Of a DNA stretch of 64,000 nt, positions 1 to 12,857 are shown piece after piece. Position 1 is the first letter of the stretch. Each line of letters begins with the position of its first letter. Under the pieces are notes generated by a model, which saw only the letters and a program-made list of their open reading frames with translations, did no database searches and was not told where the DNA came from. This DNA is from Lytechinus pictus (lineage: Eukaryota), in assembly GCF_037042905.1 (NCBI RefSeq), contig NC_087252.1, positions 23,562,001-23,626,000 of the forward strand, in the 5' to 3' direction. A program made the position numbers and the translations under genes.

Positions 1-654
1 AAAGGCATAATGCTGTATATTTCACCAAAATCACTCTTTATTTTTTGTTTGTTAATGTTTGAATTGTACAATATTTCATTCTTTACAAGTTTCACAATGG
101 GGACCAACTGTATTAAACCATGTAATATTTAAACAATGGTAATGACATGTTCAGGGAGGAGTTTAAAAATGAGGAGAAATTAGAATGTCCCGTACTTCAT
201 ATCGTGAAAAAGAAAATAAAGAGTGAGTGGGTGACGTCATTAGTTTCCTAATTTGCATACCGAACAGTGTGTGCATATAGCTGTTTTATAAAATTATGCG
301 ATTCTTTAAAATGTCATAACTTTTTATTTTACACTCTTTTTAATGATTTGGATGCGTAATGGTTGTGAAATTCTTTCTCTTTCTTTATTTATATCAGCTT
401 CTTTGTCTAGGTAAACTTTTTTGTGTGTTCACGTTTTTACCCTCGAAATTGTTGATAATTCATATTTTTTCTTATCTTTCCGGTTTATGCTCGTGTTATA
501 ATTGAACTATTCTTGTCATCTAAAAAGGAAATAAATGCAATTAAAGATCATCCGAAAGCTATGAATTACTAAAATTGCATTCCTTTCCATTTTCATTTTC
601 AATAATTTACATGGAGAAGAAAATCCCCATCCCTCCTTCATAGTTATACAGTGT

Positions 655-953
655 GGAGCGTTGTGGCCCAGTGGATTAGTCTCCGGACTTCGAAACAGGG
701 GTTCGTGGGTTCGAATCCCAGCCATGGCGTAATTTCCTTTGGCAAGATATTTATCCACATTGTGCTGCACTCGACCCACTTAAGGTGAATGGGTACCCGG
801 TATGATTTATTCCTTGAACGGTTTAGCGCCTATTAATATGGCGGCTTAGCTACACCCGCGGTGATAATATGATACCAAGTATCAAAGCGCATGCAGTTGA
901 GTATATGCACGTAGTAAATGCGCTATATAAATGTACATGTTTTTGTTATTATT
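655..953 (+). mobile_element. tRNA-derived SINE
   Basis: Pol III A box TGGCCCAGTGG and B box GGTTCGAATCC, then a non-tRNA body and a (TTA)-like tail. Confidence 0.8.
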
Positions 954-1049
954 TTTAGAAGGGAGGTTCGATTTTGATATTTCAGCATGACCTGCAATCA
1001 ATTAGCAATGATAAAATTATTAGAAGTATATTAAATGATCATTACTTAC

Positions 1050-1119
1050 CATAAGGTTCCCTCTCTTCTTCGAATTGACGTCTGCTGAGTCTCTAAACAT
1101 GTTGCACTCAGTTTTACTC
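1050..1119 (-). CDS. 70-nt cytoplasmic linker exon preceding the death-domain exon
   Basis: Acceptor ttcggtgtttttag, donor TG|GTAAGT, phase 1 in and 2 out. Encodes (G)VKLSATCLETQQTSIRRREGTL(W), in frame with a G-ATG death-domain exon. Confidence 0.72.
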
Positions 1120-1623
1120 CTAAAAACACCGAAATGTAATTATGACATCCATTATTTCATTATACTATACATGTAGTTCAATTTAATTCAACATCCCCCC
1201 CCTAAAAAAAAAGATTAAGCATTAACACATTTATAAAAGAAAGAATATAACGAAGGTGACAACTCCTGACAACTCTGAAAGCAAAGATGGCAACAAATAC
1301 ACAGCACAACACAAAAGACTGGGAAGAAAAAAAATCTTCCAGACAATGTACAGTACGTAGCAAATAATAGAACAATCATTAATATGAAGCAGATATTTTG
1401 GTATGTATAAATTTAATAAAAACATGATAGATTGTTGATCTTTGCATTTGTTTTCTTTGCAAACCACCTAATAGTAAACCATGAATGCAAAAGTGGTCTT
1501 TTATACCAATTATTTACTTTATTACATTTAAATAGCTCAAAAGGCAATGGCTTGTAGGTAAAAATTAGTACATGACGAATTTACATAAATTGTGTTAAAT
1601 CTTGCTCATGATATTGAACTTAC

Positions 1624-1631
1624 CTATATAT
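1624..1631 (-). CDS. 8-nt micro-exon (ATATATAG) of the cytoplasmic linker
   Basis: Reads ttttatttttttgtaatcttag|ATATATAG|GTAAGT. It converts phase 2 (end of TM exon) to phase 1 (start of exon 1050-1119), giving R-Y-I-G. Confidence 0.65.
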
Positions 1632-1972
1632 CTAAGATTACAAAAAAATAAAATCGTAATGTTACACATTACGGATAAGGATACGGCTGTACCGTTTTCT
1701 CTTCTGTTTTGCTCCACTATTTTGTTACCTTTTTTATTACTTTAGATCCATTTTCCCCTTTTTACATGACCAATAGGTCGAAGCCTACCTGAACCGTTGA
1801 TGTGGATTATTTTAAAGCTAAACTGAATTGTGATATTTGCAGCCTTCGCAAATAGGGGGGGGGGGCGGAATTTTTTTTTCAGCCACACTTGCCTGATCGG
1901 GCGCTCGAAATTAATTTTTGTTTGTTTCTTAGAAGAGTTAGTCCTAATAGTCACTTCTAAGCTGTATATATA

Positions 1973-2962
1973 CAGTGCGAGTCAGAAAAAACGTTACACT
2001 TTTTAAATGAAGTATTTTTCACGAAAATGTGGGATTCAGAGGGAGTTTTTAGCATGTATGGATAGAGTAGATATTATTTTGTTACTTGGTGAATTGGTTC
2101 CAGTGCTGTTGTTATGGTTGAGTGTACAACAGCCATTGTTTGAAAAAGTGTCAAAACCCATTTGCGCCAAGTCAGGTGATAACATGTACCTGATGAAACA
2201 GAGACAAATGTATTCTCACAAACAATGAGCGTAAAGTTTATGCGTATGTTTATTAATCAAGAAAAATAAACAAAACGGAACCAGAAAATCAATAAATTAT
2301 CTTCACCGAAAAGTTCCTTTTCATTGTCATTTTGGCCACAACTTGGACAAAGCTTCCCACCTTCAATCTTCCACATGTTGCTCTGATGATGCGCTGCTGC
2401 AATTCACCCAGATCTGCAGGTGGGGTGCTGTACACTTTGGACTTCATTCACATAAAATGCTTCTTCTTCTTTATTTGTCGACTGATTTTGATTTAGACAC
2501 TTCGCAGGGCCATGGCAGCAATGTTCCATCGAGCTCAGAAGTGCATCGAGAGAAATGAACAACATGTGGAAGATTGAAGGCGGGAAGCTTTGTCCAAGTT
2601 GTGGCCAAAATGACAATGAAAAGGAACTTTTCGGTGAAGATAATTTATTGATTTTCTGGTTCTGTTTTGTTTATTTTTCTTGATTAATAAGCATACGCAT
2701 AAACTTTACGCTCATTGTTTGTGAGAATGCACTTGTCTCTGTTTCATCAGGTACAGGTAATCACCCGACTTGGCACAAATGGGTTTTGACACTTTTTAAA
2801 CAATGGCTGTTGTGCACTCAACCATAACAACAACACTGAAACCAATTATGCAAAGTGACAAAGGAATATTTACTCTATCCTTAGATGCGAGAATTTCTCT
2901 CTGAATCCCGCATTTTCTTGAAAAATACTTGAGTTAAAAAGTGTAATTTTTTTATCTCACTG
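1973..2962. mobile_element. Tc1/mariner-like foldback MITE
   Basis: TA|CAGTG...CACTG|TA termini and long inverted arms (e.g. ~2140-2385 vs ~2555-2800). Confidence 0.8.
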
Positions 2963-3372
2963 TAGGGGAAGACGGGGTAAGTTGAGCATAGGGGCAAGTT
3001 GAGCCACCACCCCCAGGCCAATAATGAATGAGTCAGACATTGTGGTGGTGTCATGTATTGATGACCCATTGCATAACCCTTAACCCCACCACATTGTTTT
3101 CAACTTTGAAACAAAAAGTACTTTTTAGAGGGAAAATACAAATTTCAGCCAAAAAAGTAAAAAAGGTGTGAAATAGATAAGTGCTTTTTACCCACACATG
3201 TCTTTAAATATATTATAGAAATAAGAACAATATTGTTAGTCCAGGTATGGATTATCATTCTTGTCATAGTCTTTTACATGATGAATGCATAAGAAATGTG
3301 TGGATGTGAAAATATCGCAATAAGTTCGGACTGGGGTAGTTTAAGCCAATTCAACATGGGGCAAGTTGATAA

Positions 3373-4640
3373 TAACTAAATTGTCCCTTATTCATAAATA
3401 AATATCGACACGTTTTAGGAAAAGAAATAGAAGATAGTCATCATTCTTATATGATGACAAAATATCCTTAGGCCTAAAATGTCTCGATCCTAGGTTAAAA
3501 TAATAATAAAATATCAGCTCACGCTTCGCGCTCGCATCATTTATTTAGTGCTATCCACATTGACGTCACAATTTCCCTATACACACAGTGCTGTAAATAG
3601 TGCTTAAATTGACTCATTTCATATCAGAATTTAAAATATTATTTTCAACTCGCACTCTGGGCTCGCATTATTGATTTTCATGATGAAAAATGAAATGTAT
3701 TTAGAATGCAGATTCTGTCTAACTATAAAACACACGCACGCATGTTTTTTGAGATATGCAGCTTGATCTTATTCAAAACGTACTATAATTATCCAGTTTC
3801 AGATCAGAATATCAAAAATTTTCTGCTCGCGCTTTGCGCTCGCATTATGAAGCTACCAAAAATCACCCATACTTTTTCATGATTGACAAAACATGACTCG
3901 AGTGTCCCGTTGAGGGGTTTGAAATCTCATCTTTTTAGGTTGGAATATCAAAAATGTTCAGCTCGCCCTTCGCGCTCACATTATTTAATCGTGGTATAGT
4001 CTTAATGGCTTACTGCAAAACGTCCTTAACAAGTCCCTTTTCGACTAGGCCAGAATGCATATTTAATACTTCTGATCGCGTTTCGCGCTCATGGTAATTA
4101 TCTAGTTACATAACGCGTTCTGTTCAGGTTCACAAACATTGCCCAGAATTTTCAATTTTCAGGACAAAATACATGAAATTTCATTTTTTTCAGCTTGCAT
4201 AGGGCTTATGAGATTATTACACATTACTGTTGTTTATAAAGTAAAGCTAGGAAATGACTGTTAGGACATGGGTGTTTTGCCCCCCCCCCCCCCCAAAAAA
4301 AAAAGAATCACGACCAAGAAAAAAAAGAGAGAAAAGGAAAGGGATTAGGATGAAATATGATATTATTTTTCAAATATTATGTCAAAATCTATCACAACCA
4401 TGTACTTGTGTAATAAAAATGTCAGCATACTTGCTTGCTCGCTTCGCTCACTGGAAACTTCTTATTAATTTTATGCGATACGCCATATCGAGCCCCCTCA
4501 AAATTGTTGGCTCATTACGCCACTGAAACAACCCCTTCAAAGAAAAGAAAAAAAAAATCAAAGTGGAGCGGCCGATCGGGGAAAATATGGGTGAAAAAAA
4601 TCGCCCCCTCCTCATTTGCGGAAGCTGGGTCCGCCCCCGG
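3373..4640. mobile_element. Partial non-autonomous DNA transposon of the CTCGCGCTTCGCGCTCGCA-motif family
   Basis: Periodic motif and right end GGTCCGCCCCCG. About 3375-4240 is the reverse complement of ~59045-59910. Confidence 0.65.
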
Positions 4641-5279
4641 AATTAGACTTTCAGGATAAAATACATGAACAAAAAATCAGATCGTGCTTCGCGTTTTCAT
4701 TATGTATTTAGGCCTTGTGAAATACCTCAATGTGTTTTTAAGAATAAAATCTCAGATATTCTTTAACTTCTACCCCCCATTTCATTTATTTTTTTTTATC
4801 TTGGTGCCCTCTACAAAAGTTCAACAAGACCCCATCCCCCGTGCACCCATGCTGAATAAATACGCCACTAATGAGGAGAATGAGTCGATTGATTCGAGAT
4901 TGCATTATTCCCAAGAGGTTATCATTAATATTATTGAAGGCTACAACTAGTAAAGGAACTACAGCTCCCGTTCACACAATATTCTAGTAGGGCCTACTCT
5001 GGTGAGAATTTAAACCAAATTGAAACCCCCAATATCGCTCGCGCTTCGCGCTCCCATTGATATTTCATTATATATTCATGGATTTATTTTAAGAACACAT
5101 TAAAAGAACGGTCTTTAATTGCCTTTTTTAAATGTGATTATAAGATAATTTAAAATCACTTAAGTTAGCCTGGCTGGGAGGGAGTGGGCGCCATTTTTCG
5201 AAAAGTACACATGGGCGCCAAGAATCAGGTCAAATTCATGCCCCACCCCCCCTTCTCACGAAATCCTGGATCTGCACCT

Positions 5280-5934
5280 GGGTTCTATAACAATAACACA
5301 ATTAGGGCAATCATCCCGTGACAACTACTTCAAGAAAAATATGATTCCAATATTTTTACCCCCGGGGACTGTTACCCCCGGAAATTTACCCTCCAGACAA
5401 TTACCCCGGATAATTACCCTCGGTACGGAGCCTTTAAAATGCCATCGACGTGACAACATGACGTGATACTTTTTATTTCCATGTGTGATTAATAAGCTTA
5501 TTATTTCGACATGGATATATATTCTATCTTGTCAAGTCGATATGTCGACATGGCGAGATATGAAGTGTACAAGTCCCGGCGAGAATCCCGATATATCGCC
5601 ATGTTGACAGATAACTTGTTACAAGTCGACTTGGCAAGATAAAATATCTCACCATGTTGACGTATAACTTTTTATATGTGGACTTGGCAGGATAACGTAT
5701 CTCGCCATGCGGACATAATAAGCTTATTTAGTCGACATGGCACGATAAAGTATCTCGCCATGTCGTCAAGTCAATGGCATTTAAAAGGCTCCGTACGAGG
5801 GGTAATTGGCGTCTAGAGGGTAAATTTCCGGGGGGGGGGGGTAACAGTCCCCGACGATAAAATATGGGGATAATATTTTTCTTGAAGTAGTTGTCAGGGG
5901 GCGATTGTCCTTTGGGTCATCGTTAAAGAACCCC
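5280..5934. mobile_element. Nested palindromic MITEs (second copy at ~13511-14148)
   Basis: Outer inverted ends gggttctataac / gttaaagaacccc. Inner element TA|CGGAGCCTTT...AAAGGCTCCG|TA at 5426-5793. Confidence 0.65.
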
Positions 5935-6054
5935 ATGGACTCGTATCATTGACCTTTTGACCTCTTGATGACATTGGATCTCACTATATCCTGATCATAA
6001 TTTTACACACACCGCGGACTATCGGACCCGCGGACTATCGGACCCGCGGTCTAT

Positions 6055-9000
6055 CCCAGGTAACAAGCCAACGTTGGCTCCACGTTGGAAACTTGAAAGC
6101 CGTTGGACGTTGGGAAAACTTGATGGATTAACGTTGAATCGACGTTGGAAACTAGTTTGATGGAAAGATGATGGACAATCAACAATGACACGACGTTGGC
6201 AACGTTGGAAACTTGTTAGTCGGAGAGTTGTTGGACAGTCGACAATGTCACAACGTTGGAAACACGTTTGATTGGATAGTTGTTGAACAGCCAGCAAAGG
6301 CACAACGTTGGCAACGTTGGAAACTAGTTCGCTGGAAAGTTGTTGAACAACCGACAATGGCACAACGTTGACAAAGTTGGAAACTAGTTTGTTGGAGATT
6401 TGTTGGACGGTCGACAATGGCACAACGTTGGAGACTAGTAAGTTGGAGAGTTGTTGGACAGTCGACAATGTCACAACGTTGGAGACACGTTTGATTGGAT
6501 AGTTGTTGACAGCCAGCAAAGACACAACGTTGGCAACGTTGGAAACTAGTTCGCTGGAAAGTTGTTGAACAACCGACAATGGCACAACGTTGACAAAGTT
6601 GGAAACTAGTTTGTTGGAGATTTGTTGGACGGTCGACAATGGCACAACGTTGGAGACTAGTAAGTTGGAGAGTTGTTGGACAGTCGACAATGTCACAACG
6701 TTGGAGACACGTTTGATTGGATAGTTGTTGACAGCCAGCAAAGACACAACGTTGGCAACGTTGGAAACTAGTTCGCTGGAAAGTTGTTGAACAATCAACA
6801 ATGACACGACGTTGGCAACGTTGGAAACTTGTTAGTTGGAGAGTTGTTGGACAGTCGACAATGGCACAACGATGGAAATTAGTAGGTTGGAGATTAGTTG
6901 GATAGTCAACGATGACACAAGGTTGGCAACGTTGGAAACTAGTTCGATGGAAAGTTGTTGAACAACCAACTATGGCACAACGTTGTCAAAGCTAGAAACT
7001 AGTTCGATGGAGATTTGTTGGATAGTCGACGATGGCACAACGTTGGAAACTGGTAGATTGGAGATTAGTTAGATAGTATACAATGACACAACGTTGATAA
7101 AGCTGGAAACTAGTTAGATGGAAAGTTGTTGAACAACTGACACTGGCACAACGTTGGAAACTGGTAGATTGGAGATCAGTAGGATAGTCGACGATGACAC
7201 AACGTTGGCAATGTTGGAAAGTTGTTGAACAACAGACAATGGCACAACATTGGAAACTAGTGTGTTGGAGATTTGTTGGACAGCCAACAACGTCACAACG
7301 TTGGAAACGCGTGTTTGATTGGATAGGTGTTGAACAGCCAACAAAGGCACAGCGTTGACTACGTCGGAAACTAGTTCGATGGAGAGTTGCTGAACAACCG
7401 ACAAAGGAACAACGTTGGAAACTATTTTCTTGGAGATTTGTTGGACAGTCGACAATGGCACAACGTTGACAAAGTTGGAAACTAGTTTGATGGAGAGTTG
7501 TTGAACAACGGACAATGGCACAACGTGGACAGCGTAATTGGAATAGTTTATTGGACAGTTAACATTGACACAATGTTGGAAACTATAGTTTGTTGGATAT
7601 TTGTTTGACAGTCAACATAATATCCTGGCATAATATACACAGTGTTGAGAACGTTAGAAACTGGTTCATTGGAGAATTGATAATTGATAAAGTTGGCGGA
7701 GTACAGCAAGTCTGCATATGCCGACTTAACCCAAGACAAGACAAGACTACTGGCATAATTTCAAATGGGGCCAAGGGGGGGGGGTCGATCAAGTAAGTTT
7801 GCTTGTCTATCCATGTCACCCTTGGTATCCCCCAGCAATAAGGGGAAAAGAAATCGAGAGAGAAGGAAAATAATGGGAAGGGAAAGAGGAACTAAAACTA
7901 AGTCTAAGGGGAAAACAAAAATAAAGATGGGGTAGAATAGAGAGGCTGCATGCACCTGGGGATGCAAATGTGTCGATTAATATAGAAAATAAAGAAGAAA
8001 AACAAGAAAAAAAATGTAGTTCAAGACCAGAATTTCCAGAAACGCCCTCGTCGATCCTTTGCAGCTGGCAAGGCCTTTCACAGTAAGTACGAGATATGTC
8101 ATAGGCATACCGTCACATAACTAGAAGAAATTGAAGAAGGAAATACAAGCATCAAATGTGCCTATTTAAAAATACCATACTATTCTGATGCGCAGAATTA
8201 GTCGCGACGTCGGACTCCTTCTGTCATGTCTGTGTAGTCTGCTTCCTTCAATTTTGAACTTGAAGAATCTGGCAGAATTTGGACTGGATAGTGGATATAG
8301 ATAAGTAAATTCCAGAATATCTAGTGATCTGGAACAGTACTTATAAGCTGTATATTTAGGACCTACAATCTACAGTTGAATTTTCTTTGCACTTGCAGAT
8401 AATCGGTAACTGCAACCATTGATCCCCTCCGAAAGATCCCGGAGTCAGCTTCTGTGTGCGTACAGTCCGACGCTAGTATATTCGTGTACTGTAAGTAGTA
8501 GTAAAGTAGTACTTAACACCAGTCACTGCACAGTATAACATACTAACTAACCTCGTAATTAGCTTAGTGTGAGTGACTAATACTAACCTCGCAATACGTG
8601 TGAGTGGGAACGAGTATGCGATACCAATGGCAAGGCAACAGTCATTGGATGATTTCAAAATTCAAGTACGTACAGTGTTGAAATCTGGTGTTGGTGTAAC
8701 CCAGGCACCCAAGGGTTCATTACATGCCGCCGCGCACAGAAAAATCAAGCCATAGAAGTCGTGTGTTGTGGACCCAAGAAGTGAGATCCCAGCACGTGCG
8801 ACCCACTAGTAAGAAATCCACTGCCAAACGCGGTTCGTGGTGCGAGGTTAGTATACTAATACTAACCTGGCAATACGTGTGAGTGTAACCCAGGGAGCTC
8901 CGGCCCGCTGCGCGGGCCGGAGCCCAGGGGCTTACCGTGTAATTCACCATACCCACGGTAGTAGCGTGAAGTATGGTCTAAATAATTATCCGAATAAATA

Positions 9001-11922
9001 GTTAAAACAGAAATTAAGCACTTACCACGATTATATGGATGAAGGTCTAACGAGTGGCAGCTTCCTGACATCGAGGCACAGACTGGAACCTAAAAAAACG
9101 AAAAGTTCTGTCGCGGTAGCTCTCCTCTTTCAGAATTCAAAACAAAATGGCCGATTGAGACCGAGACTAATAGCACTAGTGCATTAGTATACATCTCTAT
9201 GATATAGACTTTGTCAAATTCGCGCATGCGCCCTACACCCTCGGTACCGGTCTCGAACGGCCATTTTGCTATGAATTCTGAAAGAAGGAGAGCTACCGCG
9301 ACATAACTTTTTCGTTTTTTGAGGTTCCAGTCTGTGCCTCGATGTCAGGAAGCTGCCAATCGTTAGACCTTCATCCATATAATCGTGGTAAGTGCTTAAT
9401 TTCTGTTTTAACTATTTATTCGGATAATTATTTAGACCATACTTCACGCTACTACCGTGGGTATGGTGAATTACACGGTAAGCCCCTGGGCTCCGGCCCG
9501 CTGAGCGGGCCGGAGCTCCCTGGGTTAGTGTTGGTGTTGTGACAACACCGTACTTGAATCAGGCTGGTGTTAAGATTGACCTCGGAAAATATGGTGTATT
9601 TCCGGCAGTTTGTGTTGAAGGCTGGTGTTGATTGTCATCTGCTGAACCCAACACTGCACTGTGGCTGCATGGTGTTGATGATCTACAAGCAATTTCCCCA
9701 TTCAGCAACACCGACGTACCCCAGGGATTGGGAGAATCGTGATTTAAAGTTCAGTGTTGGTGTTGATGAACTGTAGCTATTACGAACAGGGGGCGAACAC
9801 GACGAACCATCTCCGTAAAATTATCTTTTACATTTAAGATGAGAGCAAATCATTAGAGTTTTAATACATTTCAATGAAAAATAATATTACGCTTGGTGTT
9901 GGAGCTCAGTTCAGCAGCCCTTTCACGCTCTCAACACCGTACACCGTACTTGAAATCACCCAAATGACTTGCTACCTGGCATTCCTGCCTTATTTATTAT
10001 ACGCTGCCTTGAATTGACTTGGTCGGTCCTGCCTGGCCTAGCCTGGACCGAGTGTTTTCCAACTGCAGTCAAACCTGTAGTTGCTATGTGAGGCATGCTA
10101 CACTTGACGCTGAAATATCATTTAATAGTTATGGCACGAGCGAGACTAGGCCATGGCCATGCATATTGAGATATCAGTTGACTTCTATCTTAATCAAAAA
10201 GAGGCACTCTTTAGTTACAGTAGGCAGTAGCTACGTTACTCTGAGTGAGGCCAAGTTACGCGACCTCCTTTTTTGATTTTGTAAATACTGAGAGACTGCA
10301 ATTACACATGTGAGTTTTTGTGATGATTACTGACGTTGCAATTGGCATTGCATACCGAGTCATTAAACAATTGTAGACAGAAACAGAGATTGCAACTCGC
10401 AAGAAAATGTAATACTAGTACATCTTAATTTTTATTACATATGCATATGTTTTTTTGGTATTAGTCTTGTTTGAGAAAAAGAGGATGTCAAAAAAGTTTG
10501 AATGCTACAAAGGCCTCAATAAATATCACACGTAATTATCTTGATTTCTCTTAATTATGTGAAGAGACTTGTAACAGAAAGAATGAAAAGAAATGAATAG
10601 CTGTAATAATAGTTGTAATGTTTTTTGATAGAATCATGAACAGATTACAGATGATGATGGCAGTGTTGAAAACTGTTTGATGGAGATGGCGCATCGTTGG
10701 ATTTGTTTAGAATTAGACCAACAAAGAATCAACGTTACAACAACATTTAACCGATATTAGACAAACATTGAATCAACGTTTACGCCAACGTTGGACTAAC
10801 ATTGGACTAAAGTTGAATCAACTTTCCATCAACATTGGACCAACATTATACCAACGTTGGATCAACGTCACCCAACGTTGGACCAACATTGGACCAACGC
10901 TGCCATACCTGCCTCATCTGGACAATGATTATGCACTCATGAATATTCATTACATCAGTAAATGACCAAAATTTTAGGTAATATTGCTATAATAATTAGA
11001 GTATTTATGTTTATTCAATATTTCCACCATGAAAAGTTTCAGAAAAGTATGTGGCTCCATTACCATATCATATATAATCAAAACATATTATTCTAAGTGA
11101 AATATTCAAGGTTAAGTGTGGAAAATGATATTAACTGTATTCTGCCAAGTATAGCAAAGTTGCTCTATATATAGGAGTCAATGACAGGTTACAGTGGATA
11201 GGTGTAGGATGATAGGAATAGGATATAGGATTAGGATGTAGGATTTTAGGATAGGATAAGACATATGATGATAAAGATTTGAGTGTAGAGTTGTAATGGT
11301 GGACTTCACCTTGAAACCAATTAATGTTTTGTTAATTACTGCCATACGTTGGAATAACGTTGGAGCAATGTTGGAGCAACGTTGTGACAACGTTGTAACA
11401 ATGTTGGAGCAATGTTGCCAGACAACGTTGGAGCATTGTTGCTGGACAGCGTTGAACCAACGTTGTAAACATAGTTGGACTGACGATGTATGCAAGTGCA
11501 CGTCCATCGCTGCTTCAACGTTGCCCATCAACGTTGCAGCAACGCTGTTATTGATGACTCAGCCGACATTATACCAACGTTGGAGCATTGATGGTGGACA
11601 ACGTTGAACTGACGTTGGAAATGTTGTTGGTCTGACGATGTATGGACGTGCACTTCTATCGATGATACAACGTTGCTTACCAACGTTGTAGCAATGTTGT
11701 ATTTGACTATTTAGCCAACATTGGATCAACGTTGCCAGACAACGTTGAAACATTGTTGCTGGACAACGTTGAACTAACGTTGGAAATGTTGTTGGTCTGA
11801 CGATGTATGCGCGTGCACTTCTATCGATGATGCAACGTTGGCCTGCCAACGTTGAGGCAACGTTGGGAAAAAAATTCCCAACGTTGATCCAACGTTGGTC
11901 CAACGCTGTATTGTTACCTGGG
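6055..11922. mobile_element. 5.87-kb non-autonomous EnSpm/CACTA (CMC)-like DNA transposon
   Basis: Perfect 12-bp TIR CCCAGGTAACAA / TTGTTACCTGGG. The 2-bp TSD AT is confirmed by the empty site at 14246-14258. Subterminal CAACGTTG-rich arrays at 6066-7660 and ~10700-11910, with a ~222-bp higher-order period on the left. No transposase seen. Confidence 0.85.
8888..9525. mobile_element. Foldback MITE nested in the EnSpm-like element
   Basis: TA|ACCCAGGGAG...CTCCCTGGGT|TA. Near-perfect inverted arms of ~265 bp (8888-9153 / 9258-9525) produce mirror ORFs 8862..9071(-) and 9342..9542(+). Confidence 0.8.
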
Positions 11923-12286
11923 ATCGGGCTATAACCGATACGACCTGGAAAGTATAGTATTGTCATTGCTGATATTATTACGATTAATTATTTTTTTGTC
12001 TAGCATGTAAGAAGCATTCACAATAGAAATGTGGTTTGGCCTCTGTGGGTTACGGTCGTTATTCCGAAGGTTCATTATCCCGAAGGTTCGAATATTCTGA
12101 AGGTTCGTTATTCCTAAGATTCGTAATTCTGATGGTTCGTAATTCCAAATGATATTGTGGTTCTAACTTTGCCTTAGGGATTGTTAAACAGATAAAGAGG
12201 ACAAGTCAAGGCATTTTGCAACCATTGGTTTGTACACGACGCCAAGCAGAAGACAACTATCCCGATAAGCTGATATCTTTCATATA

Positions 12287-12643
12287 CACTCGGCAAAAAA
12301 AGTTCTTGGACACTTATAAAAGTTAAAATATTCCATATAGATATTTGATTAAAGGCAAATTATTGTATGTCAACATGACCAGACAATATTCCTCTTCCAA
12401 CATGACATGACATTTTCATGTGAACATATGACTGATCCATTTCTTGCAATTTCCTTTTACTGACATTGCTATTGTTTAAAGCATGTAACCACCCATGCAT
12501 GACTGTTCACATGAAAATGTCATGTAATATTGGAAGAGGAATATTGTCTGGTCATGTTGACATACAATAATTTGCCTTTAATCGAGTATCTATATGGAAT
12601 ATTTTGATTTTTATAAGTGTCCAAGAACTTTTTTTGCCGTGTG
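12287..12643. mobile_element. Palindromic MITE with CAC...GTG ends (second copy 14613-14969)
   Basis: TA|CACTCGGCAAAAAAAGTTCTTGG...CCAAGAACTTTTTTTGCCGTGTG|TA with ~140-bp inverted arms. Confidence 0.7.
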
Positions 12644-12815
12644 TATAATGTTGAGAATAAGAATTTAGCACCTCGCAAAATACATAAACATAAAATTAAA
12701 ACAATCGCCTGGTTCACAGTTCTTCTCATTTCATGAGCAAGAAAGAAAGAGTCCCATTTATTCGCATTACGATGATTTTCTTTTTTTAAATTGTGACGTT
12801 TCATCATAAACTTAC

Positions 12816-12857
12816 CATCAAGCATTGGATTACTTTCAGGTTCATCATTTTCCAAAT
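12816..12857 (-). other. Candidate orphan 42-nt exon (identical copy at 15142-15183)
   Basis: Acceptor ttatcttacctcacag, donor G|GTAAGT. Open in phase 1-1 as LENDEPESNPMLD. Confidence 0.4.

Noticed and set aside
655..730. tRNA genes here and at 48233-48307
   Set aside because: Imperfect cloverleaves continue into SINE bodies, so they are treated as SINE heads.
1231..1467. Hydrophobic 78-aa ORF as a possible TM exon
   Set aside because: No convincing donor site and no fit to the exon chain. The TM exon is at 27207-27291.
6019..7521. Repetitive ORFs (262 aa, 135 aa) and a CRISPR-like look of the CAACGTTG arrays
   Set aside because: These are translations of transposon subterminal repeats. 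The spacers are themselves repeated, there are no cas genes, and the context is eukaryotic.
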